The position numbers and the translations under genes are program-made. Positions 49,680 to 62,836 of a stretch of DNA of 64,000 bases are shown here, piece after piece; the first letter of the stretch is position 1, and each line of letters starts with the position of its first letter. Source of the DNA: Azolla caroliniana (taxonomy: Eukaryota; Plantae; Polypodiophyta); assembly GCA_043228905.1 (NCBI GenBank), contig JBHGNT010000016.1, forward strand, positions 15,562,001-15,626,000. Direction: 5' to 3'. A model generated the notes under the pieces. The model had not been told where the DNA came from. It worked only from the letters and a program-made list of their open reading frames with translations, and did not search any database.

Positions 49680-49799
49680 TGCGCCTCTACTGCACACTCT
49701 GCTCCATACCCTAAAAACAGAGCAAGAAACTGTACAGAGTGAGACAAGACGAGAAATCAGACAGATATATATACATATATAGATAGATAGATAGATTAT

Positions 49800-49801
<2 letters not shown>

Positions 49802-49854
<53 letters not shown>

Positions 49855-49866
49855 TTAAAACCCTAA
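49802..49866. promoter_or_regulatory. (GA)n tract and telo-box (AAACCCTAA) upstream of the PPR CDS
   Basis: Motifs read directly; a GGGCCC site-II-like motif lies at ~49947. A regulatory function is inferred only. Confidence 0.35.
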
Positions 49867-49992
49867 GTCTGTGAAAAACCCCAATCCTTCATAGGAGAAC
49901 TCTTTTCCTTAATTTCTCGGCCGATGCCGCTGCGTGTAATTTTTTCGGGCCCGAAAATACCTGTGTGTCAGGGGGGGGGGGCTTCTCCTTGA

Positions 49993-52436
49993 TGTAATTT
50001 GCTAGGCAGTACAACAAGAAATATATGTGTCCTATTGTCGGTTACATTGCTTGCGGTTGTAAACGCTCTCTGAGACTGCAATGTAATCTACAAGAAGCTA
50101 CTACCATGCATCGGGGTAAAGTGATGGAACTTCGGATTCATCAAGTAAGAAGTTGAAGACAACTTATTTTGAAAGGACATGCCAAACATGTCACACTTAT
50201 GTTCAACATTTTGGGTTTAGTATCTCAATCCTAAGGTGGGAGATAAGTTTAGAGTGTTTCATCACTTGGCTACTTTTTATAAGAAAAGCACCCAAGTGTG
50301 AGACACACATAAAGCCCTAGGATTTCAGCCTATATAAGAAGACTAACTACCTTCATGAAAGGGTTCACCTTTCTTTATTGTTTTGAGATAGCAACTCTAA
50401 TAGTGTGGCAAAACTCTAGCTTCATACACGTGTGCCTCCTCCTTTTTCAAACCCAAAGTATTATCCATGTTCATACACGATGGTAAGGGACATTGGCAAG
50501 GGACTTGGATCCGTCTCACCTTCACTAGAGGGTGGTTGGGTGGATTGGTGCCCTTTCTTCCTTATTTTCTTCTTTAATTTTGCTTAACATTAATTAAGAT
50601 TATGACACCATGGGTGTCCTATACCATTGAATATTGCCTTATGTTATAGCTTGGATGTTGAATAACGAATCCAATGAAGTGAGCGTAGCCTCAGTAAGAG
50701 TATGTTCAGAGTATTGAATTGTTATTCTGTGTATTGAATTTCTATTACTCTAGAATTATAGCTAACAATTGATAGCTATTATATAATGGGATTAAGCATG
50801 GTAATTGGAATGTATATCTCTACCAGATTGTGTTAAGTGATTATTTAACAGAGTCGACTGACTCTTATCTTTAATCACAATCACAATCCTCTTTGATAGA
50901 ACGACTCTGTAAGAGAGTTGTTCGATTCTTTGGGTTTGTCAACAAGAACAACACAAAATTTGGCAGCCTGGTTTGATCTGTTAGAGATAGAAGAATAGAC
51001 GGGCCGATCGAGATATTAAAGATCAACCTGAGGAAAGCAGACGACCACGCACGAGATCGGAGTTTCGACGTGCGCAATAAGATGATTTAGTCGACTCAGA
51101 GTTTGTCGGCCAGTTTCAACAAGTTACTGAAGAGGAATTGAGTGCAATTCCGGATTTGGAGACTACGACTAATAGTAGCTTGAATGAAGGGTGGGTCTTG
51201 CACCTAGGACCAGTCGATTTCGACAATACAATTCCGTATCTTTACTCTAAGTATAATGATGAGGCCAACGTAGAAGCTCATGTGCGTGCTTTCTCGACGA
51301 CATGGCAAGTCAACCATGTATTTCAACGTCTATCTTCGGCTGACGTAGATGCGTTAAAGATTGCTGAATTTTGATTGTCATGGAGGGGCAATTTGCTAAT
51401 TGGTACTCACAACACAAACTAGGTGAGTTTGAGTCTATTCCTTAGTTTATTATATGGCTTCAAAATCTTTCGGAGGTAGCTTGCATGAACACCTCCTGAG
51501 ACAAATTCAAAAGAAACCTTTCTAATGGTTCTCTGAGAACATCTTCGAACAACTTTGGCCATTCTTCATTTCAAAGATGTACCTCTAGAGCAAGTAAGTG
51601 GTAGAGTGCTTATCATGGATAAAGCATAGAACAATAACTCTATGTCCATGGCTTCATTGTTGAAGTCACTATCGACCCAAGAGGAATTGTGATTTCGGCA
51701 AGCGGTTTAGTGCACTAGTTGTTTGAATCCGGGTCATTTTTCAATCGAGTGCACATCAAGAACAAATTACCCAATTTGGCATTCAAAAGAGGATACTATT
51801 GATCAGTGTGAATACAATTTACTAAACAAGATTGTGGCTCCTATTCGGTAGGTAAAACCATAGGAGGAATGTGGTCGAGGGGATGATTGAATCTCTCAAT
51901 CGACTCGCTTTAGAGAGGTTGACCGACCTCGTTATGAAGATAGGTATCGATCAGAGCCAGATCGATAGTACCAAAATGACTATCGACAAGTGGTTTATCA
52001 TAATGAGTATTGCAGGGATGATCGGCAGGATCATTATGAACATGATAGTCAACATTGTTAGGAGCGTGATTATTCACCTCGTTACAATAGAAATGAACAA
52101 CGCCAATATAACAAGAATCAACATGACGATAGGTGCTACTATGACGATGGTTGCTTGAATAATCATCGATTCCCAAACACTTAGGAATGATGGGACGATT
52201 ACAGATGTCCTAAGCATACTCGACAGTGCCATCATAATAATCACCATAGAGAAGAAGCCAACATGCAGGAGTTTTGACCACCACCGCGACCAATAGAGAG
52301 AGGGGAATCAAGTAATTTGGCCAAACCAGTTTGTTACATATGTCAAAATGATGGCCATTACGCTAATTAATGCCCAACAAAAGATAAAGGCAAAGCTCTA
52401 ACCGTAAACATGGTTAGAACAAATGTTCAACAAGTA
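49993..52436 (+). mobile_element. Decayed Gypsy-like element (LTR-like region plus gag)
   Basis: Gag-like IPYLYSKYNDEANVEAHVRAFSTTW (51138-51374) and zinc knuckle CYICQNDGHYAN*CP (~52330-52376). LTR limits are uncertain. Confidence 0.55.
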
Positions 52437-52995
52437 GTCAAGATGACCACCCTTTGGTTCCTACTCGGGGTCGTACTAACGGAAGACCTAGAGCTCGAAC
52501 AACTCGATGTCAAGATTGCCTTCTTACATAGAGATCTCGATGAAGACATAATTTATATGTCTCAACCAGCAGGTTTCACAGCAACGGGGGAGCAAAGTCA
52601 CCTCGTCTGCAACTTAAGGAAGAGCCTATATGGCCTAAAGCAAGCACCGCGAATGTGGTATCAGAAACTTAATATCTACATCCGGTAGCTTGGCTACAAC
52701 CGGCGGACTTTGACCCATTTATGTGTGAGGAATAGCGCTCGGCCACAACCGAGTCTTAAACACTCAATTGAAGAAATAAAACTGAAATGAAGATTGATGC
52801 ACTTACACAGAATGAGATGACATCATATGTTAACGTGGAAAACCCTAATCAAGAAAAATCATGGGAGCCCACAGACCCCAACTATCACTATGAGAGGAAG
52901 AATACAATGTGAGACTCAGAGGCAATGACCTAGAGCTCTGTGTCTTCACCAATTGGCGGTTACAACAGAAAAAAATGATTTCTATTTCTCTCATC

Positions 52996-53026
<31 letters not shown>

Positions 53027-56000
53027 TCACTCACTGTGTCTATACAACGCGTATATATGTTGATGATAACAACCACTACACCCCACATAAAATGATTGCC
53101 CTAAGTCATATTTATACTTATATGACTTTAGGACTATTTACAAGTATGACCATGTCAGACATACTAGAAAATATATTTACAGATATGTCCCTAGACCTGG
53201 CTCACACCGGATCTCATCCGGAGGGACAGAATTCCCAACAAGCTCCCCCTTCACTCCGGCATGGGATGTTTTGTTAATCCAATTCGTCTCCTGCATGCGT
53301 CCAACTTGTCGGTTCACAACACCTTGGTCAGCATATCCGACCTGTTCTCCTCTGTGTGGATCTTCATCAGCGTGAAGTCTTGATCTTCCACTCTCTCCTA
53401 GAGCTAGTGGTATCTACGTTGGATGTGTTTCGTCCTTGAATGATAGGCCATGTTCTTAGCAAGGTGGATGACACTTTGACTATCGCAATACACCAAAAAT
53501 TCCTCCTGCCAGATGCCTAGCTCTCCGATGAAGTCCTTCATCTAGATCACCTCTTTGTCGGCTTCCACAACCGCCTTGTATTCTACCTCCGTTGTCGACA
53601 GTGCAACGTACTTTTCCAGGCTCGACTGCCATGATGCGACTCCCCCTGCATATGTCATAACATATCTGGATGTAGATTGGCTGGTGTTCGCATTAGCCGA
53701 CATGTCCGAATCGGTGAAACCTTCTGTAAAAGTTAGCGTGCGGAAGCTTTGACAAAACCGGTTTAGCCGGGTAGTGATAGAGAATAACCACAAGTTCAAT
53801 GGAAGCTTGAGAGTACTTAGCATACACAGGAGAGACAGAGAGAGAGCAGAACATAAACTCAATTCAAAATAATAACACTCTATACATACAATGTGCTCCG
53901 TGAGCACTTTTATACAAGTCCATAAAGGACTAACTGAAGTACTGACAAGTACTTCAATGCTCATATGAGCGACTGACATTGACTCCCAAAAATATGCCTA
54001 CGTACTAGGCTAGATCCGCAGGCCTCTAACGGCCTACCGGTTTCAATCCAATCTGGCTCTTTGTTCCGGATACCGATCCGTCTCTAGCTTATTCAGCCGA
54101 TCCAGATCCGGTTGAGGTTGCTGGCTCAACACTCCTCAAGCTCAACTTGAGTTCGGATCATGATGTCAGAGTTTACAGTAGCCAGTCCTTTCCTCCAGTT
54201 CCTTTTGGCGTCCTCTCGCATTGCTTGCGCTCCTCGTCCGGACCTCCAGTTCCGCTTCCCAACTTGTCCAGTTCTGTGCACCTCTACCTCCTTGGCCGAC
54301 TTGTCTGCTTAGTAGGCCCATCTTAGCTCCTTCACTGCTACGACACTGGTGCTTGTCGACCCATCGGTTCCTCTGTGTTGGTGTTGACTTCCACTGCCTT
54401 CTCGTCTGCTTGGCCTCTAGTTGATCCGGCTCTTCCAAATCCAACTGTTGAACTGAATCGACTGTCTCCGATTTGTTCCAGATCTTGTCCGAATCGGTTG
54501 CCTCCGATTCGTTCCGGCTCTTGTCCGAGTTGGTAATCTCCAACCTATCTTCCGTTTCCAGGCCCTTTAGCACATCGGACCTCGTTTCTTGAGTTCTTTT
54601 TCGGTCGACTCTGTCCTTCTTGAGTTTTCCGTTGATGCCGCTTGCTCTGACTTGTTCGGATGTGCCGACTCCTTAGGTTGGCTCGGCTTCCTTTTTCTGC
54701 TTATCTCCCCCCTTTGTTCTTTCTTTCTCTTCGACTCCTTGTCCGGTGCTATTACCCGTTTCCGTTCTCGTTCTCCTGCTCAAGTGCGGCACGTCGAGAT
54801 GCTGAATGCCGAGCAGCTCCGAAAAAAGCTGCAACTTGTTCGATCCGAGCGGCTTGGTGAAGATGTCAGCAACTTGTTGATCCGTGTGAACATATCGAAG
54901 TTCAACTTCACCTCTCAGGACCCACTCACGAACAAAGTGATAATGCACTTCTATGTGCTTTGTCCGAACATGGAATACAGGGTTCTTGGCGAGCTGTATG
55001 CTGCTTACGTTGTCGTAGTAGATTAGGGTCGGGGTAGACACCTCGATCTGGAGGTCTCGCAGCGGTTGCCGAAGCCAAATGGCTTCACAGGTGGCAATGG
55101 TAGAGCCCTGGTATTCAGCCTCAATGCTTGATAGAGTCACTGTTGGCTGCTTTTTGCTGCTTCATGCAACAACCGCACTACCAAGAGAAAACATGTAGCC
55201 AGAGGTGGATCAGCGATCTGATGCATCACTAGCCCAATCAACATCGGTATATTTGACTAGTTTCCCAGCTATACCATGTCGATATAACAATCCCCGGTCC
55301 TTCGTGCCACTCACATATCGCAATAGTCGATGTGCACATTGAAGGTGCTCCATGGTCGGCTTCTGCGTAAATTAGTTGATCACTCTGATTGAGTAACTGA
55401 TGTCGGGTCGAGTGATTGTCAAGTAAATAAGGCTTCCGACAATTTGTCAGAACCGTTTCTCATTGCAGGCCGGTCCAGAGTCGGGACATAACTTTAGGTT
55501 CATGTCTAGGGGTGTGGAGATCGGTCGGCATTTCGTCATGCCGAACTTGTACAACATATTCAACACATAATGGCGTTGTGAGAGCAATATGCAGTCGGGG
55601 GTTCGGATCACCTCGATCCTAAGAAAATAATGAAGGTCCCCCAGGTCCTTCATTTCGAATGCGTCCGACAGCTGGGACTTTACTCGACCGATTTCATCGA
55701 GTCCGGGTCCGGTGATGACTAAATCATCTACATATAGCAGGATACAAACCGGACCATCCAGATCTTTCCGGATGAATAGTGATGAGTCAGAATTTAAGGT
55801 TGCAAACCCCATCTCACGCAACCGGTGCATGATCTTCGAATTCCAAGCTTGGGGGGCTTGCTTCAGACCGTAAAACGACTTCTTGAGTCAGCACACTGTC
55901 TATTTGTTCATGTTTGATTGGAAACTGACGGGAACTCAACGCTCCTTATGCACAACGCTCGGCCACAACCGAGCTTAGAATCATACACAGAAAACAGGAG

Positions 56001-56404
56001 ACGGAAAAACACGACACAAAGGAGAGAAAAAAGGTGCACATGATGTTTACGTGGAAAACCCAAACTAAGGGAAAAACCACGGCAGCCCACAGGCTGCAAA
56101 CTATCACTATGTTGGAATGTACAAACAGTGAGTTCACGGAGGCAACGACCTCGTGCTCACGATCTTCGCCACAGGCGGCGGTTCCAACAGAGGCAGCGAC
56201 CTCTTTCTCTCTCTCTATCTCTGTACACTGTTATGTGCTCTCTCTTCTTCTTGCACCAACAAGAAATGACAACAACAACTATAACTAAAAGTTTGCCCTA
56301 AGTCATATTTATACTAATATGACTTTTCGGCTATTTACAAATATAGCCTCGATGGGCTCTCAGAAACATATTTACGAATATGTCTCTTTGTCCGGTGAGC
56401 ATTC

Positions 56405-56672
56405 CTCACCGGGTCAGCACCATTTGGCTCTCCGTAGCTGGGTACTCCTCATCCGGATCTCACCGGGTTTGCACCATCCGGCTCTCCGTAGCCGGGTGCT
56501 CCTCATCCGGATCTCACCGGGTCTGCACCATCCGGCTCTCCGTAGCCAGGTGCTCCTCATCCGGATCTCACCGGGTCTGCACCATCCGGCTCTCCGTAGC
56601 CGGGTGCTCCTCATCCGGATCTCACCGGGTCTGCACCATCCGACTCTCCGTAGCCAGGTACTCCTCATCCGG
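56405..56672. repeat. Five 54-bp tandem repeats in the U3 of the element C 3' LTR
   Basis: Unit CTCACCGGGTCTGCACCATCCGGCTCTCCGTAGCCGGGTGCTCCTCATCCGGAT; the ORF track shows 18-aa periodicity. Confidence 0.95.
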
Positions 56673-56756
56673 TTTCGACCTCGGCCGAGTTTGTTTATTG
56701 ACACTGTTCTTCTCTCTTCCCATCCGGAGGGACTTGTCTCCTAACAAACTCCCCCT

Positions 56757-59700
56757 TCACTCCGGCATGGGGTGTCTTACCAGTCCGATCCGCTTCCGGC
56801 ATGCATCCAGCTTGTCGGGTATCAGAACTTTGGTCACCATATCTGACCCGTTCTCGGCCGTGTGGATCTTCGATAGTGCGAACTCCTGGTCATCTACTCT
56901 TTCCCAGATCCAGTGATACCTTCGCTGGATACGCTTCGTCCGGGAATGGTAGGCCGCATTCTTAGCAAGGTGGATGGCACTTTGACTGTCGCAATAGAGC
57001 CGGTATTCATCTTGCCGAATACCGAGCTCTCCGATGAAGTCCTTCATCCATAATATTTCCTTGTCGGCTTCCACAGCCGCCATGTACTCCGCCTTTGTGG
57101 TTGACAATGCAACCGTCTTCTGCAGCCTCGACTACCACGAAACAGCTCCCCCTGCATATGTCATTACATACCTGGATGTAGACCGGCTGGTATCCACATC
57201 AGCCGACATGTCCGAATCGGTAAAACCGTCAAGTTGAGGTTTTCCGGAGCCGAATCGGAGACACATATTTGAAGTGCCCTTCAAATACCGGAGTATCCAT
57301 TTGACCGCGTTCCAGTGCTCCTTGCCGGGATTGCTCATGAACCGGCTCACCACTCCGACTGCGTATCCTATATCCGGTTGGGTACACACCATTGCGTACA
57401 TCAAGCTCCCGACGGCAGAGGCATATGGAATCTTCATCATATCCGCCTTCTCTGCTTTCGTCTTCGAGCTTTGCTTACCAGATAGCCTGCAGTTCGCCGG
57501 AAGTGTCGATCCGACCGGTTTCGCTTCTGACATGTTGAACCGGTGAAGCACCTTTGTCACGTACTTCTCCTGTGACAGCCATAATTGCTTCTTTGACCGG
57601 TCCCGAATGATGTGCATCCCCAGCATCTGTCTTGCCGGACCCAAGTCTTTCATTGAGAAGGTCCGGTTGAGAGCCTTCTTCAGCATCCGTATTTTGACTT
57701 GGTCACGTCCGACGATCAACATGTCATCCACGTACAGAAGGAGTATCAAGAAGTTGCCTCCTTCGAACTTCTTCACAAACACGCAATGATCGGCCTGCGT
57801 CTTGTGGTACCCTTGATCGGTCATGAAGGAATCGAACTTCCGGTACCATTGACGGGGAGCCTGCTTTAGTCCGTACAGGCTCTTCTTCAGCCGGCATACC
57901 AGGTGCTCCTTCCCTTTCTCCACAAATCCTTCCGGTTGCTGCATGTAGATCTCCTCTTCGAGGTCGCCATGAAGGAATGCCGTCTTCACGTCCAGCTGCT
58001 CTACCTCAAGGTCCATGCTTGCCGCTATACTCAGCACCGTCCGGATGGAGGTCATCTTTACAAACGGGGCAAATATCTCGTCAAAGTCCTCGCCCTTTTT
58101 CTGCTGGAACCCAAAACCAAGCACTTGCCCCCGATCCGCCTTCACCCCGATCCTGGCTTTGTATCTCGGGGGGTTGCCGGCATCTCCAGGTTTCAACTTG
58201 TACACCCACTTGTTTCGGAGTGCCCGCTTTCCTTTCGGCAACTCCACCAATTCGTACGTATGGTTCTCATGCAAGGAATCCATCTCGTCCTGCATGGCAC
58301 TTAACCATTTGCGGCTGTGGGTGTCATCCTTCACTTCTTCGAAGCTTTCCGGCTCCCCCTCATTGGTTAGCAGAACATGCTCTGCATCTGGAAATCTCCG
58401 GGGGGCCCTTCTCTCTCTGAGAGGATATCTCCGTCTTCGGGCTTCAGTAACCGGCTCCTCCACTTGCTCTTCATCCGAATCTGATTCGAGGTCTTGGCCG
58501 ATTCCGGTTTCAGCTTCCACTACTTCTTCTTCAGCCTATTCAGTATCCTCACTGTAACCGGCTGGTCCCTCCAGTGCTAACCGGTCTCTCGCCGGTTGGG
58601 TTTGCTAATTGTAGAGTCGATCCTTACTGGTTAACTCGGAGTTCATTATCTTCTTCTCCGACTACCAGTCGGCGAGTGTCTTGTCCTCCATGAAGATAAT
58701 ATCTCGACTCCGGAATACCTTCTTGTCGACCAGGTCCCACACTCGGTAACCGAACTCATCGTCACCGAGGAATATGCATGGCCAAGTCTTTGGATCTAAC
58801 TTTCCTCTCCGGTCCTTAGCTACATGCACGTACGCGAGACACCCGAATACCTTCAAATGCCGGTAGGACACTTCCTTACCGGTCTAGACTCTCTGTGGCG
58901 TGTCTCCGTCCAAGGGTACTGAGGGTGATTTGTTTATCACGTATGTCACTGTGGACAGTGCCTGAGCCCAAAACTTCTTGGGTAGTCTTGCATGTGCTAG
59001 CATACTCCGGACCCTCTCCATTATGGTCCGGTTCATCCTCTCGGCCAGTCCGTTTAGTTCCGGCGTCTTCGGCACGGTAAATTCGAGCCGGATTCCCTTC
59101 GAGCGGCAGTACTCCTCGAACTGCCCCCGGTATTCTCCTCCGTTATCTGCTCGAACCGCCTTCAGCTTCCGGCCGGTTTCTCTTTCCACTCTCGCGTGGA
59201 GCTCTTTGAAGACGGATAGCACCTGATCCTTTGTCTTCAGCGGTGTGGCCCACAACTTCCGGCTGTGGTCATCTATGAACGTCATGAAGTACTGCGCTCC
59301 GGCATGTGACTTCGTGTCTACTTGACACACATCCGTATGCACCAACTCCAGTGGTGCATTGCGTCTCATCGGTGGCCTTGGTCGGAAGGAGGTCCGGTTT
59401 TGCTTACCGGCCAGACAATCAGTGCACTTCTCCAAGTGCACGTTCTTCACTGGAATGAGGTTGTCGTCTGCAAGCCTCTTCATCCCCTTCTCGCTCATGT
59501 GACACAACCTCTTGTGCCACTGCTCACCGGCAGTGTCGGATGCCATGTTCACTTCTTCCGGACATAACCGGGCATTCATCAGGTATAGTGTGTTGACCTT
59601 CCGGGCCCAAGCCACAATCAGGCTCCCTTTGCTGAACTTCATGACACCGTTCCGGATGCTACCCGTGTAGCCTTCATCATCTAGCCGACCGGCTGATACC

Positions 59701-60823
59701 AGGTTCAGACGAACCTCCGGAACGTGTCAGACATCCTTCAGCTACAACTTGCATCCGGTTGGTGTTGTCAGCCACACGTCTCCTATGCCGACAATTCGGC
59801 ATGTACCTTCATTCCCCATCCGGACACAGTTGTGATCACCGGCTGCGTAGAATGAGAAGCATTTTCGGTCCGGGGTAAGGTGGAACGACGCTACGGAGTC
59901 GACCACCCAGGTCATCTCGTCGCCGGCAAGGTTTATCTCACTCTCCTCGGTGATGAGCATCAACTCTTCTTCACTTGCCGCGATTGCCGTCGTTCCCTTC
60001 CGGTCTGGCCCCCTTCGGTCTTTACCGTTCCGGTCCGGGGTCCGCTTCGAATCGGTACCGTCGGTTTCCTTGTCTTTTCGGAAATGCCGATAGTTCTTTT
60101 GGAAGTGTCCCGGCTTGCCGCAATAGAAGCAAGTGGGCCTCCCCCTTGACTTTGACCGTGTCCCCGACTTCTCCCGGTTCTGGGGACTACGGTTTCTATG
60201 TCTTCCGCGTTCCGATTCGGTAAGGAGCGCTTTGGAGTCGGAGCTCGTATCTTTATCTTTTCGACGCGCCTCCTCATCTAGCAAGCTCGACTTTACTCTT
60301 GCTAGGGATAACCGTTTTCCTTCCGGCCCGGCGTTGCCCAAAGTGACAACCAACGTCTCCCAGCTATCCGGGAGGGAACCGAGCAGGAGTAGCGCTAGTA
60401 CCTCATCGGTGAGAGGTACTTCCAATGAAGTTGCCTTGTGGATCAGCCCCTGGAAGGCATTCATGTGCTCCGCCATGCTGGAGCGATCTTGGTACCGGAG
60501 TCTTACAAGCTTCCGGAATACCGAAACCTGATTAACAACATTTTTGTTTTGAAACATTATGTCGATCTTCTCCCAGAGCTCATGAGCCTTGCTCTCTTCA
60601 TTGAAGTTGTTGTACAGGCTCATGTCGATGAAGCACCATATGTATGCCGTTGTCTTCATGTGCATCACCTCCCATATCGCGGCGTCGATTTTGTCCGGTC
60701 TCTTGTCCCCGAACTGAACCGGCAGCCAAAGGTCTTTAACCACGAGCATGTCCCTCATCTTCGACTTCCACACTTAATAGTTGGAGCCGGTGAGCTTGAA
60801 CATGCCGCCAAACGATTCGTCCA
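56757..60823 (-). pseudogene. Disrupted gag-pol polyprotein of copia element C
   Basis: ORF pieces 59742-60773, 58884-59642, 58662-58871, 57132-58520 and 56757-57107 are in copia domain order, separated by point stops and frameshifts. Confidence 0.9.
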
Positions 60824-61334
60824 TTTTTTGTGTCGTTTCGCTCTGATACCACTTGACGGGAACTCAATGCTCCTTATGCACAACGCTCGGCCACAACCGA
60901 GCTTAGAATCATACATAGAAAACAGGAGACGGAAAAACACGACACAAAGGAGAGAAAAAAGGTGCACAGGATGTTTACGTGGAAAACCCAAACTAAGGGA
61001 AAAACCACGGTAGCCCACAGGTTGCAAACTATCACTATGTTGGAATGTACAAATAGTGAGTTCACGAAGGCAACAACCTCGTGCTCACGATCTTCGCCAC
61101 AGGCGGCGGTTACACCAGAGGCAACGACCTCTTTCTCTCTCTCTCTCTCTCTGTACACTATTACGTGCTCTCTCTTCTTCTTGCACCAACAAGAAATGAC
61201 AACAACAACTATAACTAAAAGTTTGCCCTAAGTCATATTTATACTAATATGACTTTTCGGCTATTTATAAATATAGCCTCGATGGGCTCTCAGGAACATA
61301 TTTACGATTATGTCTCTTCGTCCGGTGAGCATTC

Positions 61335-61599
61335 CTCACCGGGTCAGCACCATCCGACTCTCCGTAGCTGGGTACTTCTCATCCGATTCTCACCGGGTCT
61401 ACACCATCCGGCTCTCCGTAGCCGGGTACTCCTCATCCGGATCTCACCGGGTCAGCACCATCCGGCTCTCCGTAGCCGGGTGCTCCTCATCCGGATCTCA
61501 CCGGGTCTGCACCATCCGGCTCTCCGTAGCCGGGTGCTCCTCATCCGGATCTCACCGGGTCTGCACCATCCGGATCTCCATAGCCAGGTACTCCTCATC
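61335..61599. repeat. Five 54-bp tandem repeats in the U3 of the element C 5' LTR
   Basis: Same unit as 56405-56672. Confidence 0.95.
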
Positions 61600-62836
61600 G
61601 GCACTGTTCTTCTCTCTTCCCATCCGGAGGGACATGTCTCCCAACAGAAACCGGGGGGTTGGATGATATAGACCCGTTCTTCAAGATCACCTTGAAGAAA
61701 CACATTCTTCATGTCAATTTGGTGAAGATGCCATCCCCTTGCCGCAACAACAACCAGTACCAAACGAACCGTCGTCATCTTTTCTACCAGAGCGAAGGTC
61801 CCATCGTAATTGATTCCGTGGGTTTGCACGTATCCCTTTGCCACTAACCGAGCCTTGTACTGGTTGATCGAACCGTAAGCATTGTACTTTACCTTATACA
61901 CCCACCTGCAACCGATCGGTTTGCAATGCAGGGAGGGTCAACCAGGTCCCAAGTGTCGTTGGCATCAAGTGTCGATGAAGTATTTTATGTGTGTCTTCTT
62001 CTTCATATGCATCACCTCCCAGGTCGTGGCATCAATCTTGTTCGATTTCTTGTCCCCAAACTGTATCGGCAACCAGAGATCTTTGACCACCAACATGTCC
62101 GTCATCTTAGACTTCCACAATGGGTAGTTGGAGCCGGTGAGCTTGAACATGCCGCCGAATGGATCCTCCATGCTCTGACACTAGTTTGTGAGGAATAGCA
62201 CCTCGACCACAACTGAGTCTTAAACACTCAATGGAAGAAATAAAACGGAAATGAAGATTGATGCACTTACACAGAATGAGACGACACCAGATGTTAACGT
62301 GGAAAACCCTAATTGGGAAAAACCACGGGAGCCCACAGACTCCAACTATCACTATGAGAGGAAGAATAAAATGCGAGACTCAGAGGCAATGGCCTCGAGC
62401 TCTATGTCTTCACCAATTGGCGGTTACAATAGAAAAAAATGATTTTTTTTTCTCTTATGCACTATCTCTCTCTCTCTCTCTCTCTCTTTACAACTCGTAT
62501 ATATGTTGATGATAACAACCACTACACCCCACATAAAGTGATTGCCCTAAGTCATATTTATACGTATATGACTTTAGGACTATTTACAAGTATGGCCATG
62601 ACAGACACACTAGAAAACATATTTACAAATATGTCCCTGAACCTAGCTCACATCGGATCTCATCCGGAGGGACCAAATTCTCAACAGTATATATATCCAG
62701 TAGCTAGCTCACGAGTCCAAGATCTATCTGATCATATATGTTGACAACATGCTTATTGTCGGGAGCAATCTATCAGAGATCAGAGAACTAAAGCGGAGCC
62801 TTCATGAAAAATTTGCGATGAAGGATCTTGGACAAG

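Larger units (their letters stand above)
55926..61646 (-). mobile_element. Full-length Tnt1/Tork-like Ty1/copia element C (LTRs 55926-56746 and 60854-61646)
   Basis: TSD GAAAC on both sides, PBS TGGTATCAGAGC (60840-60851) and PPT GGAGTGAAGGGGGAG. Domain order is gag (CFYCGKPGH), PR (WVVDS), INT (WHKRLCH..DNGGEY..ELNGLAER), RT (LLYVDDML), RH, with a few stops and frameshifts. Confidence 0.96.
53725..61968 (-). mobile_element. Ty1/copia element B (3' LTR 53725-54131, RT-RNase H), 5' half lost
   Basis: The LTR belongs to the same family as 4556-4975 and 6727-7177. RT LLYVDDL (55447-55830) and RNase H QVADIFTKPL are present. The RT N-terminus continues at 61647-61968 across element C. Confidence 0.85.
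52724..62686 (-). mobile_element. Ty1/copia element A (LTRs 52724-53240 and 62187-62686), internally deleted, hosting elements B and C
   Basis: Homologous LTRs TGTGAGGAATAG...CAACA, degenerate iMet PBS at 62172-62183, gag start MEDPFGGMFKLTGSNY, RNase H at 53260-53724, PPT at ~53243, and a degenerate TSD TTATG/GTATA. Confidence 0.82.

Noticed and set aside
56319-56916. Repeat-containing ORFs or a CRISPR-like array (also 61249-61671)
   Set aside because: These are contiguous 54-bp units with no unique spacers, located inside LTRs in eukaryotic DNA.
57903-58557. Overlapping plus-strand ORFs of 133-180 aa
   Set aside because: They are antisense to the copia RT and have no independent coding signal.
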